DNA of 61,399 bases, filler included, from Circinaria calcarea (taxonomy: Eukaryota), in the NCBI GenBank assembly GCA_051942165.1. It is 5 parts of 5 records of this genome, joined end to end, with 100 filler letters (N's around TTAATTAATTAA, not from the genome) between each part and the next. Parts side by side here need not be neighbours in the genome. Positions count along the whole stretch, not along the records: positions 49,217 to 61,399 come from JAVECS010000600.1; 4 more parts are not named here. The stretch is one strand, 5' to 3'. The notes beneath the pieces are model-generated. The model saw only the letters and a program-made list of their open reading frames with translations. It ran no database searches and was not told the origin of the DNA. This document shows positions 51,276 to 61,399 of this stretch, one piece after another. Position 1 is the first letter of the stretch. The number at the start of each line of letters is the position of its first letter. Made by a program: the position numbers and the translations under genes.

Positions 51276-52170
51276 GCAGTCCTTGGACTTGGCGCAATTT
51301 GTATCACCTTGCTTTGGACCATTGGGTCTGTTGTTGCCTTGAGAGTAACAGACGGTAAATTGGTATGATCTTGGAATATTCAGCCTACTGTCTGGTTAGC
51401 CGTTCCTTCCACCCTAGGAAACTCCTCCTCGAAATTTCCCTTATCCCAGGGTATCACGATTCGGTGGTGGGAAAATGCACTTCGAGGCGGAACTGTGGAA
51501 GAGTCGCACCAGCACTGGAATTACGGTACAATCGTTAGGGCATCTTTTGACTACTGGTCGCAACACAAATCTGATTGCCATCCTACTGGTTACTGGGGCT
51601 ACGCTTGACGGTCCGCTTCTCCAAAGAGTCTCCTCCGTCCGCTAACGCACGATTCAGTCATCGGTTCCTGTAGAGGCATGTCTTGCTCCACAGTTACCTC
51701 AAGGATATACCGCAGTTGTCTAAAGTCTCAGTGAGTATCCAAGCATCTTGAACATTCCGTTTGTGGAAGTCATGCAAGAGTACACAAACCGAGTACCTAT
51801 CACGTCCGGCTTCGAGGATTGTGATGGAGAATGTTCTACAGTAGTCAGAGCTACCGGAGTTGCTGTCGACTGCGCCACAATTACTTCACCACTCGATTAA
51901 AACCGAAATAATAATGCGTACGCCAATGGTACTTAGGCTATCATCGCATATGAAAACATTCCAGCGTTCTCCGTCCGGTTTAAATGGGTACAATACACCG
52001 ACAACCAAGGTGTTCAAGAATCTTATATCTCCATGTTCGTTGGCTATGCTGATACTTTGGGTTGCGTGGGTACATTCATTACCAATACCTGCATCTTGAA
52101 GCCAGCGGTTGCGAATTACCATATCAACGTCCGAGGTACTACGGTTACACTCAAAAGTGACTGCGGTGTA
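51276..52170 (+). pseudogene. Pseudogene of a fungal membrane protein family of unknown function (DUF3176-like)
   Basis: Conceptual translation GLGAICITLLWTIGSVVALRVTDGKLV*SWNIQPTVWLA..GITIRWWENALRGGT..HQHW /frameshift near 51545/ ..DGPLLQRVSSV..LPQGYT..CDGECSTVVRATGVAVDC..CILKPAVANYHI. In-frame stops at 51366, 51643, 51721, 51898 and 51934. The family name is from memory. Confidence 0.75.
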
Positions 52171-52846
52171 AGCACAGGGCCGTGTGTGACGCAACTGGAA
52201 TTTGCAGCTCCGGTTTCTATTATCGGACTAGGGAAGGAAACAAGATTGAGACATGAGACAGGTATAGCGGATAGCCAAATTCTTTTCATGAAGGTAAAGT
52301 GCCGTACTACGCCAAGGCTAATACCATAATCTTCCAGCAAAGCCTCGACAGGGAATAGCCTCAGAAGATTCCAAACCCATGGAGACACGTATTCAATTCG
52401 TTCAAAGTTCGATAGGCCAGCTTATTTACACAAAATCCAATTTACAATTGTGGTGTTGCTGATAGCTTTTAGCGCCTCGCATATCGCATCTGGTGAAGCC
52501 TCACCATTGTTACAGAACGCCTTTGCTTATCGTGGCAATACCTCGAAAACCCACTCTACATAACACAGGGGAAACCCAGGCTTTTACGGGCCGTTACCCT
52601 CGCAAATCGCATGTTACGAAACGGAACGTTCCGAATTGCATCCATTTAGCTTCCGCTCCACGAGAGACCCCAGCTAGGAGCGTGGGACACTTATAGGCCA
52701 CTTTGATCGCCAAACTTTACTGCTATTAACACTGACGACTTGCACTTTCCACTCCCAGAAGCGTTTTATCTCCAGGCACTTGTCCTTACCAACATCGGCT
52801 AATTGCAACGAGCAATCATCTGCTTCCCGTTTTCATCGTCACAACC

Positions 52847-53347
52847 ATGCGCTTTGCCAACTTCATCACCTTAATCGCAACTCTTGGAGTCGTCAGCTGT
52901 ATCCCAGGAGGGGTTGTCTCCCCCGGCAGGGCCGGTAACAGGAAGCCTCTCGGGATTAATTGTCGAGGCAGCTTCTTCTGTGCATGGAATCACGACGGCC
53001 GACCTGTCATAGGAGACTTTTATAATGCAATCGTGTCGGGAACACAAGCAAATATGGTCGGTGGTCCGATTCGTGATGACACGGTGTACTACGCCGGAGG
53101 CGACCCGTTCGACATCGCCTGTATGAAAAGCAAGTCAATTTGCCTCTTCCTCGAGGGTAAAGTACCTCCCACTGGTGTCAACGGCTCGATGATCAAGAAA
53201 CGACTCGGAGAGCTGCGAGATCATGGCTGCCAGGTCTGCGGGAGTGTGCCGCTATCGGGGGACAACGATCCCCGCAAAATGGGCATCATGGTGGCAAACT
53301 ATGTGACGAGGGGTGCTTGTGATGGTGTTTGTACACGGGGTGGGTGA
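52847..53347 (+). CDS. Secreted KP4 killer-toxin-like protein (single domain)
   Basis: Signal peptide MRFANFITLIATLGVVS, then LGINCRGS (identical to the mature N-terminus of Ustilago maydis virus KP4), IAC..ICLFL, HGCQVCGSVPL, DNDP..GIMVANYV and CDGVC; 8 Cys in the mature domain. Confidence 0.93.
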   Translation: MRFANFITLIATLGVVSCIPGGVVSPGRAGNRKPLGINCRGSFFCAWNHDGRPVIGDFYNAIVSGTQANMVGGPIRDDTVYYAGGDPFDIACMKSKSICLFLEGKVPPTGVNGSMIKKRLGELRDHGCQVCGSVPLSGDNDPRKMGIMVANYVTRGACDGVCTRGG

Positions 53348-54233
53348 CGGGTTCATATTGATCGCTTTGATATCCGGCATGCAAGAACACCCTAGAAACT
53401 TGCGGGGCGTATCCTTTTTTTCCTTTGCTTGTTGACACGAGGGGTTGTTGTGTGATATAGGAGAACATTCAGCGCTGGGATTGTACGCAAATTAGGTCCT
53501 GTATTTTGTGTTTGCGCCTATTTTGGGGCTGAGCTCTCTTGAACTTTCGTTTTCTCACGCACTGGCCTTTACCCCCCCCCCCCCACTCGTTTCTCAAAAG
53601 GGAGAACAAAACACTTGAGATCCCCTTCCTCGCCCTTCAACCTATTTAAACCCTTTCCATCTACATCCTCATCCAAGGCACCTCCCCCTTCTCTTTCCCC
53701 TCACATCTCATCCTGCCCAAGTGTCCTCACCTTCTACCTTTACCGCAAAACCCGGGGTGCAAATGCGGGGCTCGGACAACTCCAGGATTGTTGAAATAAC
53801 TCAAACATACAGGTTCTATTAATTGCATCGTCTAAGATCCATCGATTCCATATGGGGCATTCAGGGGCAAGATATATCGCCCAAACATATAAAAGTAGTA
53901 AGACATTGGGGAGAAAAACATATGCAAGTGTCGCCAGATACAATGAATGGATAGAGGGGGTTCGTTTAACCTCCAATGGGCTCAATGGCCGCTTTTTTCT
54001 CTTCCTCTTTTCGGTGCTGTATACTAAGCATGCATGCACTATGCATACCCACGCAGTAGCTATGGTATATATATCAATCCACACGCTAGCCATGAGTAAG
54101 AGGTTTATCTGTCATGAAAATTCTACAAAGGATAGAGTATAAAGAAGCCCTCCCCCCCTTAATTAGTTCTTCCCTTCCCTTCCCTTGCCTTCCACCAAAC
54201 CCGTCCAATGTCCACCCGTTTCTTTCCCTTACT

Positions 54234-54314
54234 CGAAACCGGGTCCGCAAGAGAAAGGAAACGAAACGAAACCGGGTCCGCAAGAGAAAGGAAACGAAAC
54301 GAAACGAAACGAAA
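54234..54314 (+). repeat. 33-bp tandem duplication followed by a (CGAAA)n microsatellite
   Basis: CGAAACCGGGTCCGCAAGAGAAAGGAAACGAAA occurs exactly at 54234-54266 and 54267-54299, followed by three more CGAAA units. Confidence 0.95.
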
Positions 54315-54450
54315 ACGCGGGGGGGTTTAAATGGGGGCGTACTGGAAGATAAAAGGGTAAGGCGTAATGGGTAATAAGTGATGGGTAGTGGGCAAGGGAA
54401 GGGTGTGTAAAAGTATGGGTTGGGATCCGGATGGTAAGATTACGCTTGGA

Positions 54451-54487
54451 AAGGGTAGGGGTAAGGGTCAGGGTAAGGGTAAGGGTC
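54451..54487 (+). repeat. Degenerate hexamer repeat (TAAGGG/TCAGGG/TAGGGG), telomere-like
   Basis: AAGGG TAGGGG TAAGGG TCAGGG TAAGGG TAAGGG TC. Confidence 0.8.
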
Positions 54488-55942
54488 ATTTAGTTCGATT
54501 TATCTGGGGTGGTGGGGATTAGAACTTGAGGACGGGTTTGTATGTGGGCGTATATACAAATACGTGAGAAAAATGCAGTAGGGGGGCGAAAGAAAGAAAG
54601 AGATGTTAGGATATGGGACCTAACGAGCTTTGGACAGATAGGTCGTTCAAGGGAGGGGAGGAGGGGAAGACGAATTTGGTAGGAGAATGCCGTATATCGG
54701 ATTTTAGGATATTTGGTACTTTTTCTCGGTGTATAGGTAGGGCCTTTTGGATGTATTTCAGGGTCCTCAAAGCGGGCGAAAGGGGGGGGGGGGGGGTTGC
54801 TATTCAGTTTTGAGGATAAATAAAAGTTAGAAAGGGAAGGAAAAGAGGCATAGGAGTGGAGTTGAGGGAGGTTTATAACTATGAGGTAATTAGGGGAAGT
54901 TTGGGAATGTAGAGAAGAGCTTTAAAGGGTAAGAACCCAAACCACTTTTGAAAGGGTAAGGGGTAAGAAGGGGCGAAGAAGGTATGATAATGTGAGAAAG
55001 ATAATATTATAAAGAACTCGTGGAAGCTGATGCGAAGGCAGGTCTGTATGCTTTAAAACTGCCCCAATTGCCTAGGTAATTTTGGGGGCCGCTTGCGTTT
55101 GCCCGCATGAAAACGCCGTACCAGCACGGCTTCCATGGTAAAACGAGCGTCATAGCTCTGTGTAACACTAAGCGTAGTGGCCGCAAGAAAATATAGCACC
55201 GCAACGCTGTCAATCATGAAACTCCCCCTAATTTGTAATACCAGCCTCGTTAGATACATCTTACGGAATTTGTCATGTATATACTCCTCGAGACAGACGA
55301 AGAGTACATTCGGCAAAAGACCTTTGAAAACATCAAAGTCCGCTTTTTCTGTAACAAGGCATCTGGCGGAGAAGAACCTGTCTCCAGGATGGAGTAATCC
55401 TCGTACCATGGTCAAGGAAAGGTGCTCTGTACCCGGAACCCGCGGCTATCTTCTGTAATGGAAAAAGCGTGGAGCGCCAGATAGAGCAAACTGCCGAAAT
55501 GTGCTCCACCTACTCCCAAGCAGCTTGCAGATGCAGCACCGCTGGATGGTTTATGATAGGGCTGCTAGTAATTCGGACTATGAAGGAGAGAGTCCAGGAT
55601 CTACATATATTTACTTAAGATATCGAGTAGGTAAATAAATGAAGATCTGCGTGCACGTAGCCGGTGTTGGCACGTGCCTATGTGTTTCCCAGTCAACGCC
55701 CTACTTGCCTGTAATTTCCAAACACGTTTTGGACTTTTAAGGTGGACTGTCACTTCGCAGTCGGGACTACTGGTTTATAAAAGTTATGGAAGCTGAAGCT
55801 ATGATCCCCATTCTTCCAAACCGTATGCTCTGAATATGTAAGACTCTGCGAGACGTATGGAGCTTCTAGCTTACAAGTAGTAGAAGGAGCTGCGCCATTC
55901 TCCATATCTCCACGACACAAGCGTGACAAAGCAAAGCCAACT

Positions 55943-57416
55943 CTAAAGTACTCCTTCAGTGCTTCTACCTTGGACAGAGAGAAGTCGAAGTTCAGGATTT
56001 CTAACAGCTCTTGCAGCTGCATCCTCAAGTGCTGTCTCCTCGCTGTTACTGACCTTTGTTCCCGAGCCTGTGTTATCAATAAGACTCTTATTAGTAGTAG
56101 CACTATCGCGAGTTACAACGCTACTGGTGTGGAATATATTATGGTTATCACGAGATGGACTCGAACTGATGCGCGGTGACGGCTCCGAGTCTTTGTAGCG
56201 GTAGGGCAACATCGAGGAGTCTATATTACGAGGACGTCCTGTTGCTGGCTGTGCCTCGTCTTGAGACCTAGCAGAAGTGAGCTAGAGGTGAGCAAAAAGT
56301 TTGCAGTACTGACATTCCTGGATAATGACACTCTTTCCCAGACGTGTCACACTGCACGCATTTAGAATCTCCTGGCTCGCATCTGATCTTCTTCTCCCGG
56401 CAGGCGATACAGGCTATGGCCAGCCGTTTTCGAGCTTTCCCGGCCTTGGTCACTCCCCGTTGCTCATGGAACATCTCGCCACCGGTAATCTTTTTCACGT
56501 ATATGCCATCCTCATAAATATAGCATGTACCCACCCCAGGGACCGTATCTTCTCCAATCACACGCAAGTATGGCTTCGTAGCAGGCTTCGTAGCAGCCAG
56601 TCTATCGTGCTTGATCTGACTAGGTACCGATATAGGACTTATTGTAGGGTCATAAGTGCTAGACGATTCACTGTACCACTGTTGCAGAGTAGGTAAATCG
56701 GCCATCTGTAAACCCGGGGCAAAGCGGGAGGGGTTCATACAACGAGTAAATGGCGATGTGTTATAGCTAACCGGATGGTTTTGTATAGAATACTGAGGAA
56801 GTGGATGTGTAGTCATAGCTGAATCAAGTGGGAAGTTATTTCCAAACTGCAACCTTAGGATGTCGGGGTGTGCATTTATTGATGGAAACGCTTCTCCCGG
56901 GGAGTCTTTGCTGATGGTTCGCTCATGTTCCTGTAAAAGGGACTTTCCCTGTCTATGGGCAAGGAAAGCTTCAAATAGGTACACGGTTGACGTTAGCTTG
57001 TCAGTCAAAACCAACAGTTGCTCGATAGCTTGATCAATCCTGTAAAAAAGTGAGATGGATCGGATGCTTGCACTGGAACGTATTATGTCGTTAACGTACC
57101 TAGGGTTCGGAAACTTTAAGTCCATCAACTCGTTGCCCTTAGAAGACACAAGCTCAATCTCACGCAGTTGAAGCATGCTGTCTTGCATCATCTCATGGAT
57201 AGTAAAGGCGAGATTCTCATCACGAAGAATCTGCTCGAGCGAATCCTGCTCAACACCGATTGCTTGCCCCCACAACTTCATCCGCAACAGACAGTCATCT
57301 ATAGGAATTGCCCAATCCTCGAATTCCGAAAGTGGGCAATCATCGCTCAGCAATCCATCTGTAATTTCAAGGAGTTGGTCGTATTCCTTTCTCAGGGAAA
57401 AAGTAGATAACACCAT
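55943..57416 (-). CDS. Zn(II)2Cys6 protein with an N-terminal helical domain
   Basis: First ATG at 57416; probable in-frame intron 57040-57099; intron 56268-56313 joins to ORF 55943-56212. Binuclear cluster ACIACREKKIRCEPGDSKCVQCDTSGKEC, preceded by VIGEDTVPGVGTCYIYEDG..GVTKAGKARKRLA. Confidence 0.85.
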
Positions 57417-57892
57417 GTTGTAAGCATCGATTGTAGGATTTGGCGTAAGAGCTATGACTTCAGTGACAATCAAAAGCAGCGCGATATTAGATGGAGGCAG
57501 AATACTGTTGCCAGCTGCGACAGAGTATATTGGTATAATTTCAGGCGACTCAAGACATCGAGTATTAATACGCGTCAGCCTCGAGCCAAGTATTTCAATT
57601 TCTTTATTTTTGCTTCTCTAATCGATGTATAGACGAGAAGGATGATGTAAGGATATATGATTAAAGGCTACCAGACTCCGCGTAGATGTGTTTTGCTACC
57701 TTGTAGAGTATAGAATAGTTAGGAGGGTACGATACGGATATGCGTAATAGCAAAAAGCGGGGGTTGCGGGGTTTGTACGCAACAATCGCGGACGCGCCGT
57801 TGAAAGAAGGCTGAATGAGGACTTTGATATACGTTTACTGCTGTGTTCAAGGCTGTCGTTCTTAATGGAAGTCAGCTGGCTTTTCTGAGCTC

Positions 57893-59874
57893 ATGATGAT
57901 TGATCCCACGAGTATTATCGGAGGGATAAGCTTCGGACTCGGTGTTCTGGCTTTTCTCAGTAACTCGATATCGACACTTGTGCGTCAAGAGAGTGAAGTT
58001 AGAGAATACCACAGTCACTTAGAAGCTTATTCGTACGAGCTAAAAGACCGTCAACGAGACATGATAGCATGGCGGTATACTTGGTATGGAGAACTGGGGT
58101 TCTCCGACGATATGTACTATTATTGCTGGGGCGTGGACGGTTACAACGAGATTCAAAACCGTCTTAGGGCTATTGAGGAGCTGATTGTCAGTATCACAGT
58201 TCATCTTAAGCTTAGCGAAAGAGGGCGTCATGTCAATGTACTGTCACTATCAGAAAAGCTTGATTGGGACGGGATGGTGCGGAAGCTACAGGTCAAGCCG
58301 TGGCATTGCCCGGAGCGTGGGAACTTCCTCGACAAGATTGCTTTTGCCCTGGCAAAGAACACTAAGCTGCGCGAAGAATTGACTCGTCTGGAGTCTCTGA
58401 CCAAAGGTCTTACCCACTCCAGTCGCATACTTTTCCGAGTTCGACAAGGAGCTGAAATCGACAAGAACCCAACACAGAAAGAACTGCAGTTGCTAGACAA
58501 GGTAAAAGTCATGGTCGACGGCTTCTCCGAATTTGCAAATGAACTATTTTCCTGTCAAAGCCAAGCCATTGGCAATCATGATTGGGGGTTGGAACTTCGA
58601 GTGCCAGATCCAGATGGCGATGCAACGCAAACAGATTTTCTAGCGAGCATCAGCGTCGACTTTTTGGTACAGTGCAAGTGTATCTGCAACCTCTGGACAG
58701 CACAAAGGTTCCGGATCGAATATCGAACTCAGCACAGCAGTCAACCAAACGAAACACCAGCTCAAATAGGGCAAATGATGCTTGACCAACTCAAAATTTG
58801 CACACGCCCTCCCCAAATTCCCAATCAGACACAGCAGTTTGCCATACTTGAAGCACCGGTTTCTCAAGGCCCCCCAACGAGGAAGCTCTTGGGGGTAAGC
58901 ACCTTACATACGACGCGGCGGAAAGCGTTGGAAGAGGAGAGAAGCGTAATTGCCCTCGGCCTCGTGAATTGGATGTTTCTCCTTTGGAATACCCCGTGGA
59001 CTTCTAATCCGTGCACTTGCAAACTTCGCCGTATAAAGCTCGAAAGCTCGCGTGGCCAGTATATATTAGAGTCTTGTATCAGTTCTCATACCGATCCGCT
59101 TTGTTTTGCAGATGATGCATGCGAGCCCAAACTTCTTCTACTTGGGCGCATGCTTGCGGAACTGGCACTTGGGGTACCCCTTGGTATTGGAAGAGCTGAG
59201 GACGGACAAGCGATTTTCTTTAAAGATAATGGGACCTTGACCCAAGCAGAACTGTTACAATGCCTCCGGCGGACTGTTGGAAACGTTGGCATAGTTCAAG
59301 TCATTCAATACTGCTTAGTCACTGAAGACCTAGGAGTGGATGTACGGGTAGAACGCCTTCATGAACATGCGGAGAGTGCTCTCAAGCTGTGAGTGTTTGG
59401 AGATCTCAAGGATAAGCATTTGTGTAAAGCAGAGCTGATTTAGACAATAGTATCCGAGACGACCATCTAGTTATTCAGAAACATATCGAAAGCCAAAAGG
59501 GGCGGCGATGGCGACGGAACATTAGCAAATACCTTGATAAAGGCTTTGACGGTCAAGCCCACCACTATCACAGTTCCATGACGGGAAAGGCCATCCCAAA
59601 TCCGGCCCTAACGCGACCTATACAGGATATCGACTTGGGAGAAATTCTCCAGGGGTCAAGGGAGGACGACGGCAGGCCACTGCAAGCTGTCGACGACAAA
59701 CGGCAAGGGTTTAGATCCGAAAAGAGAATCCAGCCAGAAAGCCAAAAAGACGAAGTTCAACAGCTAAGGCTACAACTGGACGAAGCCCGAAAGCGGAACG
59801 CAGATCTAGAAGCCCAACTTTGGCTACGACCAAGCCATCCGCGAGAGTTGGACACCGGAACCAGGGGAGATTAG
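57893..59874 (+). CDS. Uncharacterised protein: HeLo-like N-terminal helical domain plus DUF7580-like (kinase-C-lobe-like) region and coiled-coil tail
   Basis: 499-codon ORF; intron 59389-59450 joins in frame to ORF 59578-59874. N-terminus MIDPTSIIGGISFGLGVLAFL..ELKDRQRDMIAWRYTW; C-terminal RSVIALGL..LLWNTPW..LLLLGRMLAELALG..VIQYCL. The domain names are pattern-based. Confidence 0.75.
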
Positions 59875-60951
59875 CGACAAGATCGTGAGATCAACCACGG
59901 CCAACCTTCTCTGATGTGGATAGATGCGTATGTCGAGGAACCCAGCTCGCCGAGGGTACGTCTTGCCCGATTGACACCTCGACGAGGCAGCCACAAAGTA
60001 TTCTAGTGTAAGCCTCAATGGGCCGACGTGCAGCGAATGAAATGGCCGCACTGAAGCACGACGCCATTGCGAATCTACCAAAGCGCCGTATTGGCATTGA
60101 AGATTAATATTGCCATGGAGTGTAGCGCTGAGCTGAAGTCTCGACGATGGTGTATAGAGGATAATTGTGATGCGGTGGTAAAGGCTAGTGCGTTCCTCGA
60201 CAAACTATTCTCATAATGTGTTACTCTCCAAAGTCCTATTGTTAGAGGGCGTTACTAGTACAGCCATCTTCAGGTCCAACATGGTGAGATCAGGCCACTC
60301 GGCTATTTCCATGGTCCATCTGGACGACTCGAGAAAGAGAGGACAATGTTACTCCCGGCCGGATTGCTACAGTGAATTTGCATTCGACTCGATCCGATTG
60401 GCCATCGGGAATTTGGACCGGAGTATCCCCGCGGCCGCCCGCCATGCCGCATTCATTCGAGCGAGCGCATTTACTACAGTACTGTTGCAGCCATTGTCAG
60501 TGTGATTTGACATCTCATGCTCCACGTTGTTTGCGGCCAAATGACTCCTCAGCGTGTGTCCGACAAAAGCTGCGGTAGCATCTCAGGCCAATTGACACAC
60601 ATGCATAATCAATTGGACGCCTGACCGTTCGCCCTTGCCTGGGCTAGAAGAAAATCATGTGTAGCAGCTGCCAGCACGTGGGATTGATACGCAACAACAC
60701 TGTGGGCTCGGTAGGAGGGTAGGAGAGTAGGAGATACCCTTGCGAAGAAATGTCAAATCTGCAAGGTCTCCGCTGGTCCGCTTTTCCCTTTTCTCTTTTT
60801 TATACTGCACTCGGTCGGTCGTCCCAGGTCGTACCGTCTTTCATCTCGTGTTACCCCTCGTTTTACATTGAGCTCTTATAATCCTGTTACCCCCGCCATT
60901 CTTCGATCACTTGCATCTTTTTCCGTTTCACTGTCGTGTTGGGGTTACAAT

Positions 60952-61399
60952 ATGAAGTTCCTATTCGCAATGACCACGGGCCTACTCGCCGTCGCCACGC
61001 ATGCACTATGCCAATTCAAGGATAACAGACTGGCTAGTGATCCCTGCCGCAGTGAGGGCAGTCTTTCTTGTCAAAGCTTGGCCCCTCCATGCCTAGTATG
61101 TCCTCGCCGGTCTGGTATCCCTGGGGACGTCTACTGACTCGGGTCTCTTCCTCTTCAGCAACAATGTCTCTCGGATTATGGACATTGCACGGCTTGTGGG
61201 AACGGACAAGGACATATCCAAGCTTGTATTAGCAATGTGTGCGGCATGGGGCCTACCAACCAAGTGACTTGTGGGTCGAGTCTTTGGAGTCGAAAGGAAG
61301 AATATCTAATACCAACGCTTTAGATGTCGCCCTCTACTTCCGGTCCTTGTGCGCTTCAAAGAGTTACAAAGATGCCTATTCCGGAAAAGTTGTAAACAT
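60952..61399 (+). CDS. Small secreted Cys-rich protein, CFEM-like; probably runs off the window end
   Basis: Signal peptide MKFLFAMTTGLLAVATHALC; intron 61096-61158 (GTATGT..CTGAC..CAG); second intron ending at 61323 (donor 61271 or 61264). Spliced: PCRSEGSLSC..PPCLQQCLSDYGHCTACGNGQGHIQACISNVCG..YFRSLC. Confidence 0.7.

Noticed and set aside
54234..54314. 33-bp direct repeat as a CRISPR array
   Set aside because: Two abutting copies with no spacer, in a eukaryotic context with no cas genes.
55053..55415. 120-aa minus-strand ORF with protein-like composition
   Set aside because: There is an in-frame stop shortly upstream, no clear exon linkage and no recognised family; it may be a gene fragment but cannot be supported.

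Overview
Eukaryotic, intron-containing DNA from a filamentous ascomycete (Pezizomycotina; inferred from gene content and GT/GC-AG introns with CTRAY branch points). The window is not one locus. It is five contigs (12214, 12212, 12206, 12184 and 12183 bp, in strictly decreasing length) joined by artificial 100-bp N44-TTAATTAATTAA-N44 linkers, so adjacency across gaps is meaningless. Contigs 1-4 mostly carry conserved genes: BEM1, THP3-like, VPS36, MFAP1, ALB1, a membrane-anchored USP, a sugar porter, AIM22, ARO2, MLH3, an FCY2-type permease, SPA2, SSU72 and NBP2. Contig 5 looks accessory or defence-related: a GH76, a multi-stop pseudogene, a KP4 killer-toxin-like gene, a repeat-rich tract, a head-to-head pair (helical-domain Zn2Cys6 gene plus HeLo-like/DUF7580-like gene) and a CFEM-like secreted protein. 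A second KP4-like gene with a mucin-like stalk lies on contig 2. All family assignments come from recognised motifs; no searches were run.
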